Made by a program: the position numbers and the translations under genes. Below the pieces are notes generated by a model. It had not been told where the DNA came from, did no database searches, and saw nothing but the letters and a program-made list of their open reading frames with translations. Below, piece by piece: positions 1 through 12,016 of a stretch of 64,000 bases of DNA (positions within the stretch are counted from its first letter, which is position 1; each line of letters begins with the position of its first letter). This stretch comes from Mobula hypostoma (lineage: Eukaryota), in contig NC_086097.1 of assembly GCF_963921235.1 (NCBI RefSeq), forward strand, positions 135,534,001-135,598,000, given 5' to 3'.

Positions 1-1240
1 CCAAAAGGTAGCAAGGTTTCCTTAAGGGGAAACCTTGCATGACAAATCTGCTGGAATTCTTTGAGGAAATAACAGGCAGGGCGGACAAAGGGGAATCGGT
101 TGATGATGTGTATTTAGATTTTCAGAAGGACTTTGACAAGGTGCCACATGAGGCTTCTTAATAAGATAAGAATCCATGGTATTACAGGAAAGATACTATC
201 ATGGATAGAAGATTGGCTGACTGTCAGAAGGCAAAGAAGGGAATAAAGGGGGCCTTTTCTGGTTGGCTGCCAGTGAATAGTGGTGTTACACGGGGGCTGG
301 TGTTGGGATCGCTTCTTTTCACATTATATATCCAATGATTTGGACAAAGGAATTGATGTTTTTGTGGCTAAGTTTGCAGATGATATGAAGATAGATGGAG
401 TGGTGCGTCGTGTTGAGGAAGCAGGGAGTCTGCAGAAGGATTTAGACAGGTTAGGAGAATCAGTAAAGAGTGTTGGGGAGTGTATGGTCACATACTTTGG
501 TAGAAGGAATAAAGGTGTAGACTATTCTCTAAATGGGAAGAAAATTAAAAAAATCAAGGTGCAAAGGGACTTGGGTGCCCTTGTGAAGGATTCCCTAAGG
601 GTTAACTTCTAGGATGAGTTGGTGGTAAGGAAGGTAAATGCAATGTTAGCATTCATTTTGAGAGGACTAGAATATAAGATCAAGTCTGTGATGCTGAGGC
701 TTTATAAGTATTTGGTCTGATCACACAAAGTATTTTAAGTAGTTTTGGGCCCCTTACCTAAGAAAAGATGTGCTGGCATTGGAGAAGTCCAGAGGAGGTT
801 CAGGGGAATGAAAGGGTTAACATATAGGGAGTGTTTGATGGCTCTGGGCCTGTAAATTCTGGAGTTCAGAAGAATGGGCGGCGAGGGATCTCACTCAAAC
901 CCATCAAATAGTGAAAGGCCTAGATACAGCGGATGTGGAGAGGATGTTTCCTATATTCGGGGAGCCTAGGACAAGAGGGCAAAACCTTCATCAATTTAGA
1001 TCAGAGGTGAGGAGGATTTTCTTTAGCCAGAGATTAGTGAATCTGTGGAATTCATTGCCATAGATGGCTATGGAGGCCAAATCATTGAATATATTTAAAG
1101 TGGAGATTGATAGGTTCGTGATTATTCAGGGTGTCAAAGATGCAGGAGATTGGGGTTGAGAAGGATAATAAATCAACCATGATGGAATGATGGAGCAGAC
1201 ATGATGGTCTAATTCTACTCCTACATCTTACGGTCTTATG
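1..1240 (+). mobile_element. CR1 LINE fragment (RT to 3' tail), decayed
   Basis: Reads GFLKGKPCMTNLLEFFE, then KFADDMKI (ORF 280..612), RLVNLWNSLP near 1030-1060, and a CR1-type tail ending tcttacggtcttatg; multiple frameshifts. Confidence 0.9.
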
Positions 1241-1329
1241 ACATTAGTGGTTTGTTAATCTGATTTTTGAGGGCATGCTTCCATTTATCATGTTAAAATC
1301 CATTTTGTGCCCTTTTCACAATACTTAAC

Positions 1330-1465
1330 TGTCCCTGATGCAGGGTTAGTCTCAACCCAAAATGTCGATTGCTCATTTGCTTCGACATATGCTGCCTGAC
1401 CTGCTGAAATCCTCCAGCATTTTGTTTTTCTTTTTGCTCCTTATTACAGTATCTACAGTCTATTC
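1330..1465 (+). mobile_element. Penelope pLTR/tail module with degenerate hammerhead motif
   Basis: cctgatgcagggt...cccaaaatgtcga...atgctgcctgacctgctg...cctccagcattttg; homologous to the 3' end of the Penelope at 59395-59488. Confidence 0.7.
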
Positions 1466-1489
1466 TGTTTCAATTGTCGAAGTGCAATT

Positions 1490-2708
1490 TAAAATCTATT
1501 GAGCTTTTCACTTTCCAGTCCCATTTTTTCTATTTTTTTAATCACCTATGTCTGATGTAGTTTTTAAAGAGTGGAATAGATTGGGTATTAAATATTTTTA
1601 TGATTTGTTTGTTGAAGATACTCTCTCTTCATTTGAACAACTGTCAATTAAGTATAGCCTACCGAGAACTCACTTTTTTCGATATTTACAAATTAGAGAC
1701 TTTCTGCGTTCTCAAGTTCATACATTTCCTAAAAGTCCAGATAAAAATTTACTTGATATAATTTTTAATTTGAAACCCTTCCAAAATGCATCTATTTCTA
1801 ATATTTATGCTATGTTGTCGGGAATAAGAAATATTCCTTTAGATAAAATTAAAAATCTTTGGGAACAAGATTTACAGATTCCAATTTATGAGGACACTTG
1901 GAATGAAATTTTTAAATTGGTTAATACTTCTTCATCATGTGCCCGTCATTCCCTTCTACAATTTAAAGTGTTCATCGAGCCCATATGTCTAAAGATAAGC
2001 TGTCTCGATTTTATTAGGATATATCTTCCTTTTGTTATATTGGAGAAGCTTCATTAATCCATATGTTTTGGACTTGTCCGAGTCTTGAAAAATATTGGAA
2101 GGAAGTATTTCAAACTTTTTCGGTGCTTTTTAAAGTAAATTTTAAACCTAATCCTTTGACAGCCTTATTTGGTATTGTTAAAGGAAATTATATTATTTGG
2201 AGTCACATGGTTTGTATATTTTGGCCTTTATTTCTCTCATAGCCAGGAGGACATTGTTGCTTAAGTGGAAGGATGCCACTCCGCCTACTCATACTCATTG
2301 GTTACACGATGTTATGTCATGCTTAAATTTAGAGAAGGTTCGCTGTTCAATTTCCGAACCTAGACAAGATTTTTTAACATTGTGGGGACCTTTTTTGAAT
2401 TATTTTCGTAATCTTGGATTTGTTATTAAGCACAGATGTTGGCAAATAATATGTTCTACTATATGTTAAGGATCTTTTCCTTTTCTTTTTTTTTTAACCT
2501 AACAGCTGTTTTTTCTGGTAGTGGGTTTAGATTTTTTTTGTAATAATATAATTATCTCTTTTCAATATTATGTTTAAATTTAATTTAATATGGATATGGG
2601 GTAATTACACCTTATCTGTGATTTCATTATATTATAATCAATATATATTATATATTCTTCTGTACTCTGTAGTCTTTTATGTAAGAAATAAAAATATTGG
2701 GAAAAAAA
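1490..2708 (+). mobile_element. L1-clade LINE 3' fragment (ORF2 C-terminus + 3' UTR)
   Basis: ORF 1548..2057 has FFRYLQIR and WEQDL; zinc-knuckle remnant HMFWTCP at about 2060-2080; ORF 2197 has IARRTLLLKWK and LNLEK..W.PF; AATAAA and an A-rich end at 2687-2708. Confidence 0.85.
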
Positions 2709-2754
2709 TCTAGCTGGATGAACCATTTCAGAATTATGACAATTTCTGCACACA

Positions 2755-2900
2755 AAGAGCCCTTGCAGATGCAGGAATTCTGGAATACAAGCAACAAATG
2801 CTGGGAACCCTCAGCAGTCAGGTGGCATCGGTGGACAGTTCATGGATGGAGCTCACCAACCTGCAAGATGCTGCCTGACCTACGGAGCATTGTTTTACTT
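2755..2900. mobile_element. Old Penelope pLTR remnant (inverted + direct pieces)
   Basis: Minus-strand gcagatgcagg...ctcagcagtcaggtggcatc followed by plus-strand gatgctgcctgacct. Confidence 0.55.
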
Positions 2901-3369
2901 TCTATTTCAGTGTAATTTATAACGCTTTGATCGTTATTTCCTCTGGAAGTGGTGGCCAGGTGGGTGTTTGAATCTGCTTTAAGTCAAATAAAGAGGAACT
3001 GGTGAAGCTGTATAGTTTCCTTTAGGATTCTACTAATTTTGTTTTTGCTAAGCGGGTGATGTTACCAGTTTTGTTGTGCTCCGAAAGATGTCATCCTCTG
3101 TCATCAAAGCTTCCACCCAAGTGAAATCTACAGCTGGGGAAAGACCTGTGAGGAGACACGGGAAATTCCATAGGACGGAGAAGCAGTGACACAATCATCA
3201 GCTACACACAGGCTCACTGCTCTCAGCAGCAGTTTCACAGTGACTCCTGCTGCTCCTTCCGCACCGCAGCGTGGCGCAGTAGAAATATTACAGAGGCGTG
3301 GTCAGAGAAATGCCATGGAAAAACACAGCCACCAGTCAGCACAATTCAAAACAGTGCTGTCGAAACCAG

Positions 3370-3795
3370 GACCAAGTACATCCGCGCACCTTCCGTGGGC
3401 CGAGGAGGTGGGGTATGCTTTACGACGAACTCACTGTGGTGCACAGATGTGGTGGTTCTAGCTCACTGCCCACCTGATCTAGAACATCTATCGGTCAAAC
3501 GTGGCCCATTTTATCTGCCGAGGGAGTTTTCCACTATCATCCTGGTAGGCACGTTCCACCTCAGGCCAACGTCAGGCAGGCACGGGAGGAGATGAGCAAC
3601 GTAATCAGCAGGCACGAAACTGTGCACTCTGATGCCTTCCCCATCATTGTGGGCAATTTCGACCAGGCCAGCTTGAAGAAGTCTCTGAACAACTACCACC
3701 AACGTTACCACCTGTGGACCCAGAGGAGCCAACACACTTGATCACTATTATACCACCATCAAGAACACCTACAGTGCCACCCCACACCCACATAC
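3370..3795 (+). mobile_element. Rex1/Babar-type LINE, APE endonuclease fragment
   Basis: ORF 3395..3595 GRGGGVCF..NSLWCTD..PDLEHLSVK..PFYLPREFS; later GDF-like and TRGANTLDH motifs. Confidence 0.8.
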
Positions 3796-4679
3796 CGAAC
3801 CGACTCAGAAGTCACTGGATGCAAAGGAAGCATTCATCTTATTCCCAGTTCTCCTGTTTTAATCAGGTTGTCGTTCACATGAAGGTGCAATGAAATTCCT
3901 TGCTTGGTCATATACCTTTGGTTTCCCTCTACCCACCAACTGTCTGCCTCCTCACATTCCCTACGCTACTCATGTAATATACTATAAATCAATGACTAGA
4001 TTGGAACAAAATGAAGTAGAAGGATAAGTATAAATGAAGGAGAATGATGCTTACAAGTTGTTGAATTTGCCTGGGTTTTGAAAATAAAGCTAACTGCAGA
4101 GTATAAGATTTGACAGAGTTCTAGGAAGATACCTTTCTGAGCACAGGAGAAAAATTGGTGAAATGTTTCTGACTGGGACAGGATGTCCCAACATTGTGCA
4201 CATACTGAAGCACAATCTCTAGCAAGCTCTCTGTAGAAATTGCCTGCTTCATGGAGAAAAGGACCTTGGGTGTTGTCCAAGGTTTAATGGAAACAGTAAC
4301 ACATACATGGTGCTGGAAGAACTCTGCAGATCAGGCAGTATCTGCGGTAGGGAATAAAGAACCAGTAGAATCCCTTTACACCCACATTGTCATTTCTGAG
4401 AGAGGGAATCTGAAGCAATTTGCATCATCCTTTCCTAAGGCAGAACCAGCAAGGTTTGATAGAAGTCAGGAGATAATTTGTAATTTCAACCAAACATCTA
4501 CACCAACCGGATTGGTTAAGGGTTTTAGTAAAAGTTCTGTTGGTAGGAATTCCATGGTTTTCATACATGGTTAGGTTTACTTTTCAGGTTCTATTTGCAA
4601 GTTTCTAAGCTGTCAGGAATGAAGATTGTGTAAAATTAGACTTCTTTGAAACTATACTCATCACAGCACATTTCAAATT

Positions 4680-6612
4680 ATAGTTGGCAACTTTAACCAG
4701 GCCTGTTTGAAGAAAATCCTGCCTAATTATCACCAGCACGTCACTGTTGCACCAGAGGTCCCAATACACTACACCACTGCTACACTACAATAAGGAATGC
4801 CTATCGTTCCTTCCCGAGACTACATTTTGGCACATCAGATCATTTGGCTGTACTCCTGCTACCGGCATACAGCCAGAGCCTATAGAGCAAGGCTCCAGAA
4901 ATCAGGACAACTAATAGGTGGTTGCAGGAGGCAGACCAATGGTCACAGGATTGTCTTGAGTCAGTGGACTGGGCCGTGTTCAAGAACTCATCTGAAGATC
5001 TGAATGACTACACCAAGGTTGTACAGACTTTATTAAAAAAGTTGTGAACAGGGAGAGGCCATTGTACACCTCCATGTCTCCCAATGATCTTTTGGTTTCC
5101 ATATCTGATGATGATGGACGGGCTGCCTTCAAGAGAGTGAATCCAAGGAAAGCATCCGATCTGGATAGAGTACCTGGCCGAGTACTGAAGACCTGTGCTG
5201 ACCAACTGGCTGGTGTATTCACGGATATCTTCAACCTCTCACTCTGGCAGTTGCTTCAAGCAGGCTTCAATCATACTGGTGCCCAAGAAGAGCGTGGTAA
5301 CCTGTCGAAGTGGCTATCGCCCAGTGGCACTTACATCCACTGTGATGAAGTGCTTTGAGAGGCTGGTGTTGAAGCATATCAGCTCCTGTCTTAGTGGCGA
5401 CTTGGATCCACTCCAATTTGCGTACTGAAGCAACATGTCCACAGCAGATTCTGTTTCGTTGGCTCTTCACACAACCCTGGAACATCTGGACAGCAAAGGT
5501 GCGGTGCATACATCAGGATGCTCTTTATCGATTACAGCTCAGCATTTAACACCATCGTCCCCTCAAAACTAATCAGTAAATTCCAAGACACGGGCCTCAA
5601 TACCCACTTGTGTAATTAGATCCTGGATTTCCTCACTTGTAGACCTCAGTTAGTTCAGATTATCAAAATCATTTCCTCCAAAATCTCCACCAGCACAGGA
5701 GCATGACAGGGATGTGTACTTAGTCCCCAGCTTTACACCTATGACTGTGTGGCTAAGTACAGCTCCAACACCATGTACAGTTTTGCTGATGAAGCCACTG
5801 ATATGGGCTGTATCAAAGGTGGTGATGAATCAGCATACAGGAGGGATATTGAAAACTTGGCTGAGTGGCGTCATAACAACAGCCTCGTACTCAATGTCAA
5901 TAAGACCAAGGAACTGATTGTTTTCAGGAGAAGCCCGTGAGCCAGTAATCATTGTAGGATCAGAGGTGGAGAGGGTCAGTAATTTTAAATTCCTGGGTGT
6001 CACTATCTCAGAGGACCCGTCCTGAACTCAAATATAATTGCAAAGAAAACACAACAGCACTTCTACTTCCTCAGGAGTTTGCGGGGTCCAAATGTCATCA
6101 AAAACTTTGGCAAACATCTACAGATGTGTGGTGGAGAGCATGCTGACTGGCTGCATTACGGCCTGGTATGGGAGCACCAATGCATTTGAGCGGAAAATCC
6201 CTCAAAAGCTAGTGGATTTGGCCCAGTACCTCATGGGTAAAACCCTTTCAACCACTGAGCACATCTACATGAAATGTTGCCATAGAAAAGCAACATCCAT
6301 CATCAGACATCCCCACCACCCAGGCTATGCTCTTTTCTCATTGCTGCCATCAGGTAGAAGGTAGAGGAGCCTCAGGTCTTGCACCACCAGGTTCGATAAC
6401 AGCTATTACCCTTCAACCATCAGGCTCTTGAACAAAAGGGGATTTAAGGATTCTATTATATTGTTATTTCATGCTTGTTATTTACTATCTGCATTTGGAC
6501 AGTTTGTTTACAGTTTACAGATACTGTTCTATAGATTTTCTAAGTATGCCCACAGGAAAAGAAGTATGTGGTGACCTGTATGTACTCTGATAATAAATTT
6601 TACTTTGAACTT
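4680..6612 (+). mobile_element. Rex1/Babar-type LINE (APE end, RT, 3' tail), decayed
   Basis: [83 protein letters not shown]; tail with aataaa and actttgaactttga. Confidence 0.9.
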
Positions 6613-7094
6613 TGATCTGTGCTCAAAGTATTTTCTTTTACTACCTCAATGTACGTATCTATGAAATGATCTGTCTGGATGGCACACAGACAAAAACTTT
6701 TCAATGGATCACGGTGCATGTGGCAGTAATAAACCAATATCAATACCAATACAGGTACCTCAGGCCCATTTCCAGCACTATCCTGATATCCGGCGATTTC
6801 TTTAATGTGCAAAAATCCACTAACGAATGGTGCTCTGCGGTCTTCTGGTGTGCAGAATTTCAGAGATTCACCACCCTCTGGCTGGAAATTTTCTCCTCAT
6901 CTCTGTCCAAAAGGACCTCTCCCCTTGTAGGGTCACATTTGTCGGTTGGTAATAAAGTCATTGAGTAATGCAGCATAAAAACAGGCCCTTTGGCCCATTG
7001 TTTCTCTCAGATGAATTATTACTCCCAATTGTTCTCCCAACTGAAGCAAGCTGCTGACAGAGAGGATGGTCACTGTGTTAAACTCCATCTGAGT

Positions 7095-7475
7095 CATACA
7101 GCACAAAATGGGATCTTTGGCCCAATTTGTCAATAGTGTCCACCAAACTGGTCCCATTTCCCAGCATTTGGTCCATATTTCCTATTCATGTTCTTATCCA
7201 AATGTCTTTTGAATGTTGTCATCCCGCCTGCCTGAGCCACTTTCTCTGGCTCCTCATTCGATACCAACACCACTCTATGCATGAAGAATTACTCTTCATG
7301 ACCCTTTTAAATCTTTCCCCTTTCACCTTAAGCAGATGTCCTCTCGTTTTTAGTTCCTCAACCCTGGGAAAAAGACTGTGTACATTCACCCTGCTTATGG
7401 CCCTTTTGATTTTATATAGCTCTATAAGGTCATCCCTTAAGTTCCTCTGTGCTAAGGAACAAAGTCCTAAATCTG
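7095..7475 (-). mobile_element. CR1 LINE 3' fragment
   Basis: Reverse complement matches the CR1 ORF2 C-terminus and tail (GDLIE.YKI.., FFP..RGH..FF.QRVV-like). Confidence 0.7.
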
Positions 7476-7534
7476 CTGTGTTATTGCCTACTGAATGATA
7501 AAGCTTTTATAGCTGACTAGAATATCTATTTAAG

Positions 7535-8075
7535 TTGTCATGGCTGGGGGTGGGGGTAGTGGGGAATCGCTCCCACTTTCTATTGAATACTCCCAATGGT
7601 GTGCATCTCAAATAGGTTCTGACAATCAAGTCTGGCTCCTGTCCCTCACGTGTGGCATAGCTACTAAGCCCGGCAGAACCATTTCTTCTGACAGGAGAAG
7701 GGTCAAAGGCAGGTTACTGGTGCTTTTAAACCATTTGCTTCGGGCAGATGGGACATCAGCCATGGTTGGCAGCTCATCTAGGAGAAAGAAAACTCTTTCA
7801 GCTTTACCCACTCATGGGGTAGTCTTTGGAACTAGTCCTGAAGAAAAGACCAGAGCTGAGTCCAAGAGGCAATCCTATGTTGAGTTCAATGCCCACTTGT
7901 AATTCCTGCGATGTCACTGGTGCCAAACCGTATTGGTCCCTGCTGTACTTTGCATTCGTCAGCTGTATGGAGAAGGGGCCTATGGCATGGGCAACAACTT
8001 GCTCTCCATGCTGTACTGCCCTGACTTGCTTATCAGTGTAAAGAGCTATGGTGCTGCATCCATAGTTGACCCCAA
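7535..8075 (+). repeat. GC-richer interspersed repeat, possibly RTE 5'-UTR-like or a non-autonomous element
   Basis: Discrete non-coding block of different composition, with an RTE-5'-like motif (ctaggagaaagaaaactct). Family assignment is uncertain. Confidence 0.3.
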
Positions 8076-8459
8076 GGGCCTCCAGAGGATATCTACCTAA
8101 ATATAAACACTTTCAACAGAAATGAAAATGTAGAAATAAAATGGAATGGATTTATGAGCTGTCTTGAAAGTCAGAAAATTACTTTGTGTCTACTACAGTC
8201 TTGTTTGGGGTTTGAGAACATCTAAGCTTCCTTCTGGTATGTTAATAGATCCCTAAACTTCACTAAAAGCATAAACATTTACTGAAGAAAACATTCTTGT
8301 TCATAGGCGGTATCATTGTAGAAGTGTTTACAGCATGTAGTATTCATCTGTTGAAGATTAATCTTAAAAAGGTGATTTTTTAAAAAAAGAATTAGTTTGC
8401 AAATGCCATTGTAAAGTCATTTAGTTTATTTTCTAAACTTTAGGTGTCTTTAGAACCCG

Positions 8460-8775
8460 TGAGAGACAAGAAAGACTGCAGCTGCTGGAAATTTGGAGCA
8501 ATACAGAAAATGTTGGAGGAATTCAATAGGTCAGACAGCATCCATAGAGTGAAATCAACATTTGACATTTTGGGTTGAGACCCTCCAACAGGCATTCATT
8601 AAAATCCTTGTGCAGCTCGGAGCCTCTTTTAGCTTTGTGCAACTATCATTTCCACAGTCAACATCGTGAAGTACCTGCATCTGGTTTACACCGTTTCCTC
8701 CTGCAGATGCTGCTTGACTAGTTGAGATCTGTCAGCCATTTACTTTGTGTTCCAGATTCCATCTGCAATCGCTTT
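8460..8775. mobile_element. Old Penelope pLTR remnant (inverted + direct pieces)
   Basis: Minus-strand tail with degenerate hammerhead (gacattttgggttgagaccctccaacagg), then plus-strand cagatgctgcttgac. Confidence 0.6.
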
Positions 8776-10140
8776 TGTCAGCATGAAGTGTTAACAGGTT
8801 TGCAGGGAATTTATTTTGCCGGCAGATGTTCGAGATATTGAGTTAGAAAGGATGAGAGAGCAGCACACATGCACTTAGCAAATGATAAATCAAAAGAAGC
8901 ATATCTTGGAGAAAATGAAGACCTTGATACACATATTGGTAACATTTTCAGAGACAGGTTTCAAGTACATTGAAAAGATATTTTAATATTTGAAGTGAAA
9001 ACATGTACATGTCCTCCTTGAGTTATGAGGGTCTGTCTTATGGATATCCTTCAAAGTAAATTTATTATCAAAGTATATATCTGTCACCATATACAACCCT
9101 GAGATTCCTTTTCCTGCGGGCATACTCGATAAATGCAATAATCAATAAAACTCCGCACCAAACAGGACAGATAAACAACCAATATGCAAAAGAGAACAAA
9201 CTGTGTAAATACAAAAAGAAAATAATAATAATAATAATAATTGTAACATCATGCATCTCGCAACTAATCACCACTCACTTAGATAACCACAATGTACTTA
9301 CAGAAGAGCAGAAAGGATGCCGTCAGGGTATGAAAGGATGCAAAGAACAACTGATAATAGATTCTGTAATTCTAAATCAAGCTCGCTGGAAAAGCAGAAA
9401 TTTTTCATGTTGTTATATTGACTGCCAAAAGGCATTTGACTCTGTCCTATGTTCATGGTTACTAGAAGTTCTGAATATATATAAACTACACTCAATACTT
9501 GTGAAATTTCTACATCTGATAAAGCACTGGAGTACTATCATCACCCTCTCTATTAACCACTAAAAAAGAAGAACCACCATTATCAAAATAAATCGAGGCA
9601 CTTTCCAGAGCAATGCTCTAAACTATGGTTTTATCTAGCTTTAACCCCTCTCTCTAATATACTGAATTGGATGAAAATAGGGTATCAAATCAGAAACAAG
9701 CAAATGAATTATACCTTGACTCACCTATACATGGATGATTTGAAATTATATGCTCCTTCGTCAGTAAAGCTAAAGCAATTAATTCAAATATTGAACTATT
9801 TTCTAAAGATATAAACATGAACTTTGGACTGGATAAGAGTGAACATTAAACATAATGAAAGGTGCAGTAGAGCTGATAGAATACAAAACAGAGCAGCAGG
9901 ATAAAATGAAGCATTTAAGTATCTGGGTAATCAACAAGCAAAGAAAATATATAATAGTACAATAAAAGGAAAACCTTCAATAGAATTTAATTCAAGGCTT
10001 AAGAAAATCTGCCAAGCTGAACTCAATAGTAAAAATATAACAAAGGCAATAAACACTTTCGTTACCCCATTCTAATGTATTCTTTTGGCAGAACATCTTA
10101 GTCCAAAACCGATCTGAAAAATTACAAAGAAAAATAGAAG

Positions 10141-10268
10141 TTCGGGTCATCAAAGGGTATGGGATGAAAGCAGGGGAGTGGGGATGAGTGCATGAATTAT
10201 TGATTGAATGACCGAGCAGACTTGATAGGCCGAATAGCCTACTCTGCTCCTATATTTTATGGCCTTAT
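10141..10268 (+). mobile_element. CR1 3' tail inserted in the Dong element
   Basis: atcaaagggtatggg...gagcagacttgataggccgaatagcctactctgctcctata, interrupting Dong coding sequence. Confidence 0.8.
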
Positions 10269-10969
10269 AAAAGTAAGAACTGAAATGGCAAATTTTAGAA
10301 AACACTATGTGCACTCAAACACACTTAGGTTAACACTACCTCGGACAGAAGGGGGAAGAGGAATAACAGACATAAAAATTTACACAACAGTCAGATAAAA
10401 CTTCTAAGTATATATTTTCATCAACCAAAACAGGATTCATCATACGCAATTCTGATAAGAAGTACGTATCACTAAACTTAAATGAAAGCATGACCCAGAA
10501 AAATGAAGAAATGATCAGAACAGAATAAAAAATTAGCCAATGGAAGAGTAAGACCCTCTATGAAAGTCATCCCACCATCTGAGCAGACCAGTTGTTGACA
10601 AGAAAGCATCAAATGTTGGAGACCTCTTCCCAGAGGGGTTCCTTCTGGCAATACAGGACCAAATGGTTAACACAAAAAAAAAATCACAAAAATACATAAT
10701 AAAAGAGCAACTAATTCAAGACAAAAATGCAGAAAATGCCATGAGAAACCAGAACCAATCCAACACATTACAGGATCCTGCAGCAGTTTAACTCAATCTG
10801 ATTACTTACACAGGCACAATAAAGTGGCAAACACCAAAATCTTGCTTTAAAATACAAGCTCACAATGGACACATACTTTACTGTAAACACAAACCTGATC
10901 CAGTTTTAGAGTCAGAGTCCTACAAATTATACTACAGCCGATCTATTATTACAGATAGGACAATCCATA

Positions 10970-12016
10970 CTCTGTGTGGCTTGGAAATATCATCTCCACC
11001 TCGCTGACAATCAACACTGGCCTACCTCAGGGATGTGTGCTTAGCCCATTGCTCTACTCTCTCTACACCCATGACTGTGTGGCTAGGCACAGCTCAAGTG
11101 CCATCTATAAATTTGCTGATGATACAACCGTTGTTGACAGAATCTCAGGTGGTGATGAGAGTGTGTACAGGAGCCAGATACACTAGCTCGTTGAATCACG
11201 TCACAGCTACAAACTTGCACTCAACGCCAGAAAGACCAAAGAACTGATTGTTGACTTCAGAAAGGGTAAAACAAGGGAACATGAACCAATCCTCATAGAG
11301 GGATCAGAAGTGAAGAGAGTGAGCAATATCAAGTTCCTGAGTGTTAATATCTCTGAGGGCCTAACCTGATCCCAACATATCAATGCAGCTATAAAGAAGG
11401 CAAGACAGAAGCTCTACTTCATTGGGAGTTTCGGGAGATTTGGCATGCCACCTAACACACTCACAAATTTCTACAGATGTACCAGATAGAACATTCTATC
11501 TGTCTGCATCACCGTCTGGTATGGGTGGGTGGGGGGTGGGCATGCAGGTGGAACTGCACAGAATCGAAGTCAGCTGCAGTGAGGTGTAAAACTAGTCAGC
11601 TCCATCATAGGCACGAGCCTCCGTAGAATCCAAGACATCTTCAAGGAGAGATTCCTCAGAAAGGAGGCATCCGACATTAAGGACCCCCACCACCCAGGAC
11701 ATGTCCTCTTCTCATCGTTGTCATCAGCAAGGAGGTGCAGAAGCCTGAAGTCACATACTCAGTGATTCAGAAACAGCTTCTTCCCCTCTGCCATCCAGTG
11801 TCTGAATGGACATTGAACCCATGAACACCACCTCACTACTTTTTTATTTCTGTTTTTGTACTACTTGTTTACTTTAACCATATATATATATATATACTTA
11901 ATGTGATTTACATTATTTTTTTTCTGTGTTATTATGTATTGTACTGCTCCCACAAAGCTAACAAATTTCATAACGTATGCCAGTGATATTAAACCTGATT
12001 CTCAAACTGATTCTGG
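10970..12016 (+). mobile_element. Rex1/Babar-type LINE 3' part inserted in the Dong element
   Basis: TGLPQGCVLSPLLYSLYTHDC..KFADDTT (ORF 10974); tail attaaacctgattct; separates Dong TDRTIH from PDI. Confidence 0.9.

Noticed and set aside
3996..4280. 94-aa minus-strand ORF in unique DNA
   Set aside because: No recognisable domain or convincing exon boundaries.
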